A stretch of DNA of 64,000 nucleotides from Chloroflexota bacterium (GCA_004297775.1 SCUE01000016.1:41666-105665); one strand, 5' to 3'; shown: positions 55,422 through 63,901, counted from the stretch's first letter. Notes: generated by a model not told the origin, from the letters alone. Numbers and translations are program-made.

Positions 55422-56312
55422 ATGATCGACGCGCTCAGCGAAGCGCTGGCGAGCGCCGATCCGAAGGAGGTCAAGCGCCAACTCAACGAGTATGTCCCGA
55501 AGGACGCGCAGCGAATCCTCGCGGCCGCGGGTGTGCGAGACGAGTACGTCTTCCCGGTTCCGGCGATCCTTGAGGCCAAGCCTTCGCTCGTCGGCTACTA
55601 CCGCTTGTTGTTGGGGACGCCCAAGAAGACCTTCTACGGCACGGGCTCCGTGATGAAGCAGTTCGCCAGTATGGAGGAGCGATACGTAGCCCGTCCCAGC
55701 CAGGTGAAGGCTCTGCCGATCTTTTGCGAGACTATCAGCGCGGGGCTCGCGGACCTCGTCCGCCAAATGAGACCGGCCGTCACCGATCGGGACGTCAGAG
55801 AGCTGCCGCTCCTAACCTTTGGGCCGCAGTTGCAAGGTGGTCGAAACAACATCATCGGGCAACTCGCGACCGAGGCAGTGTTCGCCACGATCGCTGAGAT
55901 CGTCGCGGGTAACACCGTGACGTCGGAGGCGAAGCGACTGACCATCAAGAACGAATCCGGCCGTGCGGTCATCATCGCCCTGGGTGCTGACCCGGATGTT
56001 CGCATCCAAGAGAAGTTCGACGACGGCTCCACGCTCAACAACGTCGCGATCGAAATCAAGGGAGGGACGGACGCCAGCAACGCGCAGAATCGCGCGGGTG
56101 AGGCCGAGAAATCGCACGCCAAGGCCAGGACGAAGGGTTTCCGCGATTTCTGGACCGTAATCTCGATAGAGGTGGGGCTGGCCAAGCTGCAGGACGCATC
56201 TCGATCGACGCGAGTCTGGTTTGACGCGGCGCAGGTCATTGGACGGTCCGGAGAGGACTGGGAACGATTTCGTCAGCAGATTGCGTCGGCGGTCGGCGTC
56301 CGCCTGAGCTAG
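55422..56312 (+). CDS. Probable type II restriction endonuclease (PD-(D/E)xK candidate; recalls the XcyI/Cfr9I family, unverified)
   Basis: 296 aa immediately downstream of the methyltransferase. LGADPD ... VAIEIKGGTDASNAQNRAGEAEKSH fits a D...ExK catalytic core. GC is lower than in the flanking DNA. Confidence 0.55.
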   Translation: MIDALSEALASADPKEVKRQLNEYVPKDAQRILAAAGVRDEYVFPVPAILEAKPSLVGYYRLLLGTPKKTFYGTGSVMKQFASMEERYVARPSQVKALPIFCETISAGLADLVRQMRPAVTDRDVRELPLLTFGPQLQGGRNNIIGQLATEAVFATIAEIVAGNTVTSEAKRLTIKNESGRAVIIALGADPDVRIQEKFDDGSTLNNVAIEIKGGTDASNAQNRAGEAEKSHAKARTKGFRDFWTVISIEVGLAKLQDASRSTRVWFDAAQVIGRSGEDWERFRQQIASAVGVRLS

Positions 56313-56832
56313 CATTCCGGCCGCCGAGTAGCGAACGCCGTCAATCGGCACGCCGAGAACCCCTTCGATGCCGGTATGCCGAACGCTCTCGGTGGTCTCC
56401 GCGGGAGAACGGCGCGAGAGGGAAGGTCACCTCTGCGCGACACGAAATGGCAGGAGCGGCGTAACGCGGCGGTGCAATCGCAGCGGCTTTCGGCGCCCTG
56501 GCAATCAGCCGGAGTGCGATCGCCGTGACCGATGATCGCAAAGCGCGCCGGGTGTTTGCCGGCCGCAATCCGCCGATGACCTTTCGAACAACGTCGGAGA
56601 TCGTGAAAGCTTGGGCCGACCAAACCAACCGAGACGCCGACGAGCTGACTCGCGTACTGAGGGACATCGAGAAGAGGGCACGCTTCCGGCCACCCGTGGC
56701 AGATCCCCTCGCCAACTGGTGGTCGACCGCCCGACGCACGTAGCGGTGCAGGGCGTGGGCGCCCATCAAGCGGCACCGCGCCGTTTGTGCCATCCTCATC
56801 CGCGCACCGCGCAACAACGGAGGATTTCACCG

Positions 56833-57870
56833 ATGGCCGCGAGACTCGAGCTGCCGATTCTGCCGACCAGCGTGGTCGGTTCGCACGGCAAGACTTCCTG
56901 GTGGACGGCCGGCGTCCGGCTCTTTGACGAGGGTCGCTGGGGGCCAGCCGACGTCGAGGAGATGCTGGCCCACGCCGTCGATGGCGCGATCCGGGACATG
57001 GACGACGCCGGCGTCGACCTAATCACCGATGGCGAGATGCGTCGCCTCGATGGCTACGTCGACAGCTATTACCGCGTCATGCAGGGCATCGAGGCGATCC
57101 CGATCGCGCGCAAGGATGGCCCCTGGGGCTACGACCAGCAAGAGCGCTTCCGTGTCACCGGCACGATCCAGACGCCGCCCGGCGGCCTCGGCATCGTCAA
57201 GGAGTTCGAGTACGCTCAGACGCGCACGAAGACACTCTTGAAGGCGACCTGCGCCGGTCCGTTGACCTTCGGCTCGCGCATCCATCCGGGCGGCGAATAC
57301 AAGAGCGTCGTCGCGGTCGCCGAGCGGTTTGCCGAGGTCATCAATCAGGAGTTGAAGGCGCTCGTGAACGCCGGCGCTCGCTGGATCCAGATCGACGAGC
57401 CCGCCCGCGGCACCGTCACCGGCGAGGAGATGGCGCGCCTCTTCAATCTGGCGACCGATGGCGTCAATGCCCATCTCGGGTTCCACATCTGCTTCGGGAA
57501 CCGCAACGGCCGCGGCCGCTTCAAGCGGACCTACCGGCCGTACTTCCCGAGCGTCCTGGCGGCACGCGCCGACCAATTCGTGCTCGAATTCGCCAGCCGC
57601 GAACTGTCTGAACTCGACCTGTGGAAAGAGTACGGCGCCGGGAGGGAACTCGCCGCGGGCGTCATCGACGTCAAGTCGTTCTATCCGGAGACGCCGGAGG
57701 ACGTCGCCGACCGCGCCCGGGCGATCCTGAAGGTGTGCCCGCCCGAGAAACTGACGCTCTGCCCGGACTGCGGTTTCGGTTGGAGCCCACGCGGGATGGC
57801 CGTTCAGAAGCTGGGATCACTCGTGGCCGGCGCGAAGATCATTCGTCGCGAGCTCGGCCTCCCGGCGTAG
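56833..57870 (+). CDS. Cobalamin-independent methionine synthase-like protein (MetE C-terminal/UROD-fold, about 345 aa)
   Basis: ATG after GGAGGA. LPTSVVGSHGKT, ITDGEMRR, HLGFHICFGN (His/Cys Zn ligands), LCPDCGFGW (Zn Cys). Confidence 0.75.
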   Translation: MAARLELPILPTSVVGSHGKTSWWTAGVRLFDEGRWGPADVEEMLAHAVDGAIRDMDDAGVDLITDGEMRRLDGYVDSYYRVMQGIEAIPIARKDGPWGYDQQERFRVTGTIQTPPGGLGIVKEFEYAQTRTKTLLKATCAGPLTFGSRIHPGGEYKSVVAVAERFAEVINQELKALVNAGARWIQIDEPARGTVTGEEMARLFNLATDGVNAHLGFHICFGNRNGRGRFKRTYRPYFPSVLAARADQFVLEFASRELSELDLWKEYGAGRELAAGVIDVKSFYPETPEDVADRARAILKVCPPEKLTLCPDCGFGWSPRGMAVQKLGSLVAGAKIIRRELGLPA

Positions 57871-57931
57871 GTCTTCCCGAGCTCGCCGCCGACACCCGGG
57901 CAAAGGCGGCGTGGCAGGGAGGTGACAGTCT

Positions 57932-58111
57932 CTACGGCAGGAATCCGGCCGCCTTTGCGATGTCGGCCGCTGTCGCCAGCGCCGTGATGACCTCGTCGCG
58001 GCCGGCTGGCCGTAGCCAGAGGAGAGAGCGGTCGACGCCGAGCCCGGCAAACTGCTCCAGCGTCACTGCGTCCGGCCGCGCGTGACGCCGATCGTCATCG
58101 GGCGAAATCAC
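57932..58111 (-). other. 59-codon ORF resembling the C-terminus of an LLM-class (luciferase-like) oxidoreductase. Possible gene remnant.
   Basis: VISPDDDRRHARPDAVTLEQFAGLGVDRSLLWLRPAGRDEVITALATAADIAKAAGFLP*. It overlaps the 3' end of the neighbouring membrane-protein gene by 17 nt. Confidence 0.25.
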
Positions 58112-58421
58112 CGCCTCGGTCGCGCCTCGCGCTCGCCTGCCCGATCAGTAGGCCGACGCCGAACGTCGCGCCGGAAAACGCCAGCGCGCCGACGAGCAGC
58201 TCCAGGACGTCATGATTGATGTACGTCCCGGTCAGCCGGTAGAACGTCGTCGCGATGAGTTGGAAAAGCGATAGGAGCCACGGCGAGGCTGCCTCGACGA
58301 GCACATCGTCGCGCGCCATCAGGTATCCGAGCATCGCGAGGAGCGCGCCGACGAGCGTCGATGCCCAGCCAACCAGAGCGATCGCGCGTCGAACGAACGC
58401 GGTGGGGAGTCTCATTGCCAT
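58095..58421 (-). CDS. Small membrane protein (three TM helices)
   Basis: Likely start MAMRLPTAFVRRAIALVGWASTLVGALLAMLGYLM... Hydrophobic throughout. Confidence 0.5.
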   Translation of the reverse strand: MAMRLPTAFVRRAIALVGWASTLVGALLAMLGYLMARDDVLVEAASPWLLSLFQLIATTFYRLTGTYINHDVLELLVGALAFSGATFGVGLLIGQASARRDRGGDFAR

Positions 58422-58586
58422 CGTGTTGACAGTGTAGGTCGGGCTCGCCGACGCCGAGCGCGCTCTGGGACCGACGTGCCGGGCCAAGATCAGCTGGCGA
58501 CCCTTCGCCGCGGCGACACGACATTGTTACAGAGTGCCAGGAATAGTCGGGCGCATTGCGCCTGAAATCCTGGTATATTCCCCAGT

Positions 58587-59216
58587 ATGAAAGGTAAACA
58601 ATCCTCCCAAAACCACGGCGCGTCCAGCGGCAACCCTCTCGTGCAGTCCCTGACCAGACTTGGGCAGGCTACCCGTGCGGTTGCGTTGGACGAAGCGCGC
58701 ATGCTCGGACTCACGCCCATCCAGGTCCAGTCCCTGCTGTTTGTCCAGGAAACGAAGCCATTCGCGACGATGGTTGGAAACCTGGCCCGACTGCTCGGCG
58801 CGACGCACGCAAGCGTCGTTGGCACAGTCGACGGTCTCGTAGCGCGTGGCTATCTCGTTCGGACGGTCGCCGAGGACGATCGCCGAGTCACGCTGCTCCG
58901 ACTCACCGACGACGGCATCCGCGCCTGCGTGCGCATTCGCGAGCAGAGCAAGACGCTCGATCAGGCCGTCTCGGCGATGACCGCCGAGGAGCGCGCCGGA
59001 CTCGATCGCGGTGTCGGCGCGCTCATGGAGCAGTTGGGCGAAGGCGGCTACGCCTGGCTCGCTCATTCCTGTCACGGCTGCATGCATTTCCAGAGGAACA
59101 AGAACCCGGCTTCCGAGACGCCGCATCGCTGCGCTCTTCTCCAGGTCGCGCTGGCGGAGGACCAACTCGATCTCGAGTGCCCGGAGTTCATTTCCGGCAC
59201 CCGCACGCCTCGGTAG
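58587..59216 (+). CDS. MarR-family transcriptional regulator with a Cys/His-rich C-terminal extension
   Basis: LTPIQVQSLLFV...LARLLGATHASVVGTVDGLVARGYLVR...DRRVTLLRLTDDG (wHTH), then SCHGCMHF...HRCALL...ECPEF. Confidence 0.75.
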   Translation: MKGKQSSQNHGASSGNPLVQSLTRLGQATRAVALDEARMLGLTPIQVQSLLFVQETKPFATMVGNLARLLGATHASVVGTVDGLVARGYLVRTVAEDDRRVTLLRLTDDGIRACVRIREQSKTLDQAVSAMTAEERAGLDRGVGALMEQLGEGGYAWLAHSCHGCMHFQRNKNPASETPHRCALLQVALAEDQLDLECPEFISGTRTPR

Positions 59217-59269
59217 GCCTCTGGCGTTTCGACGCGCGTCGGACCGGCGCGGGATAGCATGCCCGCGCC

Positions 59270-60637
59270 ATGTCCGACGCCGACGCGACGCTCAAGACCA
59301 AGCTAGACGGCGACGCCGTTCGAGCCGCGCTCGAACGGCGCGACGCCGCCACCCTCCGCCGGTGGGCCGAGGATGACGCGGTCGAGCTGGCGAACATCGT
59401 CTCGGACTTGCCCGAGACTGAGACGATTGCCATCGCGGATCTCCTCGGCGACGCGCTGACCGCCGAGGTCGTCACCGAGTTGGCGCCCAGCGAGGCGGCG
59501 GACCTCCTCGAGCGGCTAGATCCGGCCGACGCGGCCGATGTTCTCGAGGAGATGGCGCCCGATGACGCCGCCGACGTCGTCGAGGAGATCGAGCGCGACG
59601 AGGTCGAGGGCGTCCTCGATGCGATGACCGTCGAGGATGCCGCCGAAATCCGCGGTTTGATGGCACACTCATCCGACTCGGCCGGCGGCATCATGACGCC
59701 GGACTTCGCGGCCGTCCGACCCGATCTCACGATCGAAGCGGCGATCGCCGTGATTCGCCGCGTCGCCGACGAGGCCGAAACGGTCCACTACGTGTACGTG
59801 ACCGAAGCCGATGGGCGTCTGCGCGGCGTTCTTTCCCTCCGCGATCTGCTCCTGGCCCGTTCCGGGCAGTCCGTCACCGCGGTGATGAACGCCGATCTCG
59901 TGTCCGTGCGTGTGACGGCCGATCAGGAAGAGGTTGCCCGCCTGTTCCGCGAGCAACGGTACATGGCTCTCCCGGTTGTCGATCAGGACGATCGACTGCT
60001 CGGCATTATCACGGCCGACGATGTTCGGGACGTCATGGAGGAAGAAGCGACCGAGGATATCGAGCGCCTCGGTGGTTCGTCCCCGCTCGATGAGCCGTAC
60101 CTGCACGCGGGCGTTCTGTCCATCTTCCGGAAACGGATCGTCTGGCTGGCGGTGCTGCTTCTGGCTCAGGCGTATACGGCCAGCGTTCTGAGCGCGTTCT
60201 CGGCCGAGCTACAGGCGACGGTGGCGCTTGGCTTTTTCATCCCCATGCTGGTTGGAACCGGTGGCAACGTCGGTTCACAGACGGTGACGACGCTCATTCG
60301 CGCGATGGGCCTCGACGATGTTCGGTGGTCTGATCTCGTCACCGTCCTCTGGAAGGAGTTCCGGGTCAGTATCCTGATCGGACTTGTCGCGGCCGCCGCG
60401 ATGTACGGCCGGGCCGAATTGCTCGGCGTCCCGGTCGGCGTGGCCGCGGTCGTCGGATTCAGCGCCTGCTTCATCGTCGTGTGGGCAGGGCTCGTCGCCG
60501 CGGTTCTGCCGCTCGTCCTTCGCCGTGTCGGCGTCGACCCAGCCGTCGTGTCGGCGCCACTCATCTCGACGTTCGTCGATGGCACCGGCCTGATCATCTA
60601 CTTTGGACTGGCACGCTGGGTGCTCTCCGGCGGGTAG
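59270..60637 (+). CDS. mgtE: Magnesium transporter MgtE
   Basis: Acidic MgtE-N domain (DAADVLEEMAPDDAADVVEEI), two CBS motifs, and a TM domain with PMLVGTGGNVGSQTVT and PLISTFVDGTGLIIYF. Confidence 0.9.
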   Translation: MSDADATLKTKLDGDAVRAALERRDAATLRRWAEDDAVELANIVSDLPETETIAIADLLGDALTAEVVTELAPSEAADLLERLDPADAADVLEEMAPDDAADVVEEIERDEVEGVLDAMTVEDAAEIRGLMAHSSDSAGGIMTPDFAAVRPDLTIEAAIAVIRRVADEAETVHYVYVTEADGRLRGVLSLRDLLLARSGQSVTAVMNADLVSVRVTADQEEVARLFREQRYMALPVVDQDDRLLGIITADDVRDVMEEEATEDIERLGGSSPLDEPYLHAGVLSIFRKRIVWLAVLLLAQAYTASVLSAFSAELQATVALGFFIPMLVGTGGNVGSQTVTTLIRAMGLDDVRWSDLVTVLWKEFRVSILIGLVAAAAMYGRAELLGVPVGVAAVVGFSACFIVVWAGLVAAVLPLVLRRVGVDPAVVSAPLISTFVDGTGLIIYFGLARWVLSGG

Positions 60638-60647
60638 TCGCGCCGAA

Positions 60648-61370
60648 CTACGCCTTGGTCGTTACGGCTTCAACTCGTACGCGGCTGGCCAGTTCGTATC
60701 CGATGACGCGTTCGACGCCGCCGACGTCGAGCGTGATCGGCCCGCGAAACGGCTCGCGCGCGCGCTGCGCGACCGTCGCGCCGGGCAACAAATCGAGCGA
60801 TTCGAGATAGCGCAGGAATCCGGGATCGTTGTCCGGCACGCGTCGGATGATCGCCGGCATGCCGATCGGCAGATCGGCCAGTGCCGGAAAGGCCGTGGCG
60901 TCGACCTCGCCCTCCCGCGACGGGATGGGATCGCCGTGCGGATCGAGCGTCGGTTCACCGAGCGCGCGCGCGATGCGCTCCTCCAGTTCATCGGAAAGCT
61001 CGTGTTCGAGCCGCTCGGCCTCATCGTGCAGACGGTCGATCGGCACCCCGAGCGCGCGGTGGAGGAACAGTTCCCAGAGGCGATGATGTCGGATCACTTC
61101 CAGCGCGATCCCGGCGCCGGCGTCGGTCAGTTCTGCGCCCTTGTACGGCGTGTGCCGCAGGAAACCAGCTTCGGCCAGCCGCGCGACCATATTCGTCGCG
61201 CTTGGCGGGGCGACGCGCATCTGTTCGGCCAGCGCCGACGTCTGCACCGGGCCATCGCCCTGCAGCTTGTAGATCGTCTTCAGGTAATCCTGAACCGATC
61301 GGGTTACTTCGCGCTCACTCGGTTGCGTCACGAATCCTCCGTCGTCCCGCGCCTCAAGTATACAGAACAA
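60648..61370 (-). CDS. DtxR/MntR/IdeR-family metal-dependent regulator with a C-terminal SH3-like (FeoA) domain
   Basis: SVQDYLKTIYKLQGDGPVQTSALAEQMRVAPPSATNMVARLAEAGF, HHRLWELFL, ERLEHELSDELEERI, LDPHGDPIP. The track start at 61370 is TTG; GTG at 61331 is an alternative. Confidence 0.85.
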   Translation of the reverse strand: MFCILEARDDGGFVTQPSEREVTRSVQDYLKTIYKLQGDGPVQTSALAEQMRVAPPSATNMVARLAEAGFLRHTPYKGAELTDAGAGIALEVIRHHRLWELFLHRALGVPIDRLHDEAERLEHELSDELEERIARALGEPTLDPHGDPIPSREGEVDATAFPALADLPIGMPAIIRRVPDNDPGFLRYLESLDLLPGATVAQRAREPFRGPITLDVGGVERVIGYELASRVRVEAVTTKA

Positions 61371-61374
61371 ACAT

Positions 61375-61388
61375 TTAGCCGAGGCTAA
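61375..61388. promoter_or_regulatory. Palindromic operator candidate (DtxR-family half-sites)
   Basis: TTAGCC-GA-GGCTAA is a perfect 6-2-6 palindrome in an AT-richer patch, immediately upstream of the regulator gene. It resembles TTAGG/CCTAA-type iron/manganese boxes. Confidence 0.45.
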
Positions 61389-61454
61389 TACAACGCATCG
61401 TGGCTTGCGTCGGCGCTGGCGATCCCTACGCGGTCGTTGACAGCCGGCGCCGCT

Positions 61455-61632
61455 CTCGGTACGCTTCGCCTGACAAGCGAATACCGGTAGCCGAGTCGAC
61501 GCGCCGGAGTCGCGTCGAGCGGGGGATCCACGGGTGGCCAGGTGGTCGCCAGGGGTGAATCCGGGGCGACGAGCCTCGGTAGGCTAGCTCTTTCGGCCGA
61601 ACCCGACAGCTAACCTCGCAGGCTGGCGAAAG
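61455..61632 (+). promoter_or_regulatory. Cyclic-di-AMP riboswitch (ydaO/yuaA motif)
   Basis: Three hallmark blocks are present in order: GAGCGGGGGAUCCAC (about 61517-61531), GGGGUGAAUCCGGGG (about 61552-61566) and GGCCGAACCCGACAGCUAACCUCGCAGGC (61595-61623). The boundaries are approximate. Confidence 0.8.
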
Positions 61633-61638
61633 GGTCGC

Positions 61639-61656
61639 GGGCGGATCATTCCGCCC
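61639..61656 (+). terminator. Hairpin directly after the riboswitch aptamer (possible expression platform/terminator)
   Basis: GGGCGGA-ucau-UCCGCCC followed by GUCUUGCC. The U-tract is weak. Confidence 0.3.
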
Positions 61657-61706
61657 GTCTTGCCGCCTTCTCCGCCGGGATTCGTGCGACGCGAGGAGGG
61701 AAATCG

Positions 61707-62099
61707 TTGGACATCAACGCGACGAAGCTGCTCGTGGCGATCACACAGGCCGACGACGCCGACCGGCTGGCGGACGAACTTGTCGCGAAAGGCTTTCGAC
61801 TCACCCGGCTGAAGACGCACGGCGGCTTCCTTCGCCGCGAGAACGCCGCCGCGCTCATCGCCACGACCGAGGACCGGCTTCCGGCCGCGCTCGCCATCAT
61901 CCGCCAGACCTGCCGGGCACGGACGGTCACCTGGGTTCCGCCATTCCCCGATGGCATCGGTGGTATCGGCCCCGCGCCGATGGAGATCGAGGTCGGTGGG
62001 GCGGTCGTTTTCACCATTCCGATCGAAGGTGTCGAACTACTCGGTGGCGATGTCGCGGAATCGCTGGCGCGAACCCGCGCGGCGGGCGGCGCGCAATGA
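61707..62099 (+). CDS. DarA/PstA-like PII-fold cyclic-di-AMP receptor (DUF970), copy 1
   Basis: TTG start 6 nt after GAGGAGGG. KLLVAITQADDADRLADELVAKGFRLTRLKTHGGFLRRENAAALIATTED...PMEIEVGGAVVFTIPIE aligns block for block with my recollection of B. subtilis DarA (YaaQ). Confidence 0.75.
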   Translation: MDINATKLLVAITQADDADRLADELVAKGFRLTRLKTHGGFLRRENAAALIATTEDRLPAALAIIRQTCRARTVTWVPPFPDGIGGIGPAPMEIEVGGAVVFTIPIEGVELLGGDVAESLARTRAAGGAQ

Positions 62100-62359
62100 A
62101 GATGTTGCTCGCGATGCTCGACGACAAGATTGCTGGCCGCGTCACCGAGAAACTCACCGAGCGCCGCTATGGCGTGACTCGCGTCGACACCGTCGGCGGC
62201 TTCCTTCGCCGCGGTAACGCCACCCTGCTCGTGGGTGTGGAAGATGGCGAGGTGAAGACGGCGATCGATCTCATGCGCGAGGTCGTCGCCAGCCAGAACG
62301 CTGCCGGGGAGGTCGGCCCCGTGTTCGTCCTGAAGGTCGACGAGTTAGAACGGATCTGA
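62096..62359 (+). CDS. DarA/PstA-like PII-fold protein (DUF970), copy 2, short form
   Basis: MLLAMLDDKIAGRVTEKLTERRYGVTRVDTVGGFLRRGNATLLVGVEDGEVKTAIDLM...GPVFVLKVDELERI. ATGA overlap with copy 1. It lacks the long loop segment present in copy 1. Confidence 0.7.
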   Translation: MKMLLAMLDDKIAGRVTEKLTERRYGVTRVDTVGGFLRRGNATLLVGVEDGEVKTAIDLMREVVASQNAAGEVGPVFVLKVDELERI

Positions 62360-62371
62360 TGCGAACCGGCC

Positions 62372-62848
62372 CTACGCGATCCGGCGTCCGAAGCCGAGGC
62401 TGCCAGCCAGGAGTGCCAGCCCAACGACGATGAGTCCGATCGGCCAGATCACACCGATGAGTCGCTGCATGTCGTCGCTCACCCGCGCGATGCCGGTGAG
62501 GAGAATGATCGAGCCCGGAACGAGCGGCCACCAGTGCGTTCGCCCCCGATACGCGGTGTCGATGAGGTAGATGCCGAGGAATCCGGCTCCCAGCCCGATC
62601 CCCTCGGTGTCGCCGGTTGCGTAGCCACCGATGGACCCGACTCGACCGAGGCCAACGCCGAGGATCAAGCTGCCCGGAACGAGCAGTCCGTACTTCGCCC
62701 ATCGCAAGTAACCGACGATGAACAGCGACCCGATGATGAACAGGACGATCGCGTCGCCCAGTCCGGTCACCAGTTGCAGCGCGAAGAGTCCGAGCCCCAG
62801 GACGATCAGGATCAAGCCGGCCAGCGTGCGCGATCCGAATGGCGGCAT
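62372..62848 (-). CDS. Polytopic membrane protein (DUF5668/LiaF-TM-like)
   Basis: 158 aa, five or six Gly-rich TM helices (LILIVLGLGLFALQLV, VLFIIGSLFIVGYL, ...). Confidence 0.6.
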   Translation of the reverse strand: MPPFGSRTLAGLILIVLGLGLFALQLVTGLGDAIVLFIIGSLFIVGYLRWAKYGLLVPGSLILGVGLGRVGSIGGYATGDTEGIGLGAGFLGIYLIDTAYRGRTHWWPLVPGSIILLTGIARVSDDMQRLIGVIWPIGLIVVGLALLAGSLGFGRRIA

Positions 62849-62908
62849 GCCTCCAGGCTATCGTCCTGACCGCCGCCCGTCAACGGATACACGATCCGCG
62901 TATCCGTT

Positions 62909-63901
62909 CTACCGATCGACGAACAGCTCCGTCGAGAGATACTTCAGCCCGGTATCTGGCGCGATCGTTACCACGAGGGCCTCGGCCGGAAGGCCGGCCG
63001 CCAGGCGCAGCGCCGCCGCGACGTTTGCTCCGGTCGAGAAACCGCCCAGGATCCCCTCGCGAGTTGCCAACACTCGCGCAGTCGCGATCGCCTCGTCGTC
63101 GGTCGTCGTGAGGAATCCGTCGCAGAGCGTCGCGTCCCAGAACGGCGGTATCTCGGCGTAGCCGGTTCCCTGGATCCGGTGGCTCGTCGACCTGATTGGT
63201 CCGCCCGCCAGCGCCGGCGCGGAGGCGGGTTCGGCCGCGACGCATGAAATCCATCGATCGATGCGCTTGAGCGCGCGCGCCACGCCCACGAACGTTCCGC
63301 CGGTCCCAACCGATGCGACGAAGTGCGTCATCGCGCCGTTGGTTTGCCGCCAGATCTCCGGTCCGGTTCCCTCCTCGTGCGCGCGCACCGCGCTCACGTT
63401 GTTGAACTGATCCGGTCGATACGCCCCCAATTTCAGAGCCAGCGATCGCGTCCGATCCTCCACTGCCGCGAGGTCTTCGGCCGATACCTGCCCCGGTCGG
63501 GCGCCGTCGACCTGTGGGACGAGATCTACCTCCGCTCCGTGCGCCGCCAGGATCTGCCTCCGTTCGACGCTGTTCCCGTCCGACATCACCGCGATCATCC
63601 GGTATCCCTTGATCGCGCACGCGACCGCCAGTCCGATCCCCATGTTCCCGCTCGTGAGTTCCACGACCGCCATTCCGGGGCGTAGCGCTCCCGATCGCTC
63701 GGCATCCTCGATGATCCGGAGCGCGGCGCGATCCTTCACACTGCCGCCGGGCGAGAACGCCTCCAACTTCACGGCCACCCGCGCCGCGCCGGGCGACCGC
63801 AAGCGATCGATCGCGACGAGTGGTGTATTGCCGACCGTGCCGAGGACCGAATCACGAAGTCCGGTCATCGCTTCAAGGCTAGGAATCGTCGGTGCGCGCA
63901 T
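62909..63901 (-). CDS. Cysteine synthase (O-acetylserine sulfhydrylase) family PLP enzyme
   Basis: GNTPLV, FSPGGSVKDRAAL (PLP Lys), TSGNMGIGLA, GTGGTF. An alternative start lies at 63868. Confidence 0.85.
   Translation of the reverse strand: MRAPTIPSLEAMTGLRDSVLGTVGNTPLVAIDRLRSPGAARVAVKLEAFSPGGSVKDRAALRIIEDAERSGALRPGMAVVELTSGNMGIGLAVACAIKGYRMIAVMSDGNSVERRQILAAHGAEVDLVPQVDGARPGQVSAEDLAAVEDRTRSLALKLGAYRPDQFNNVSAVRAHEEGTGPEIWRQTNGAMTHFVASVGTGGTFVGVARALKRIDRWISCVAAEPASAPALAGGPIRSTSHRIQGTGYAEIPPFWDATLCDGFLTTTDDEAIATARVLATREGILGGFSTGANVAAALRLAAGLPAEALVVTIAPDTGLKYLSTELFVDR

Noticed and set aside
56313-56832. A SAM or cobalamin riboswitch upstream of the MetE-like gene, and the 72-aa ORF 56525..56743.
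   Set aside because: I could not recognise the SAM-I, SAM-II or SAM-IV cores, or a B12 box, on either strand. The small ORF has no motif or RBS support. The region stays unexplained rather than annotated.
59217-59269. M-box (Mg2+) riboswitch upstream of mgtE.
   Set aside because: The intergenic space is only 53 nt, far too short for an M-box aptamer.
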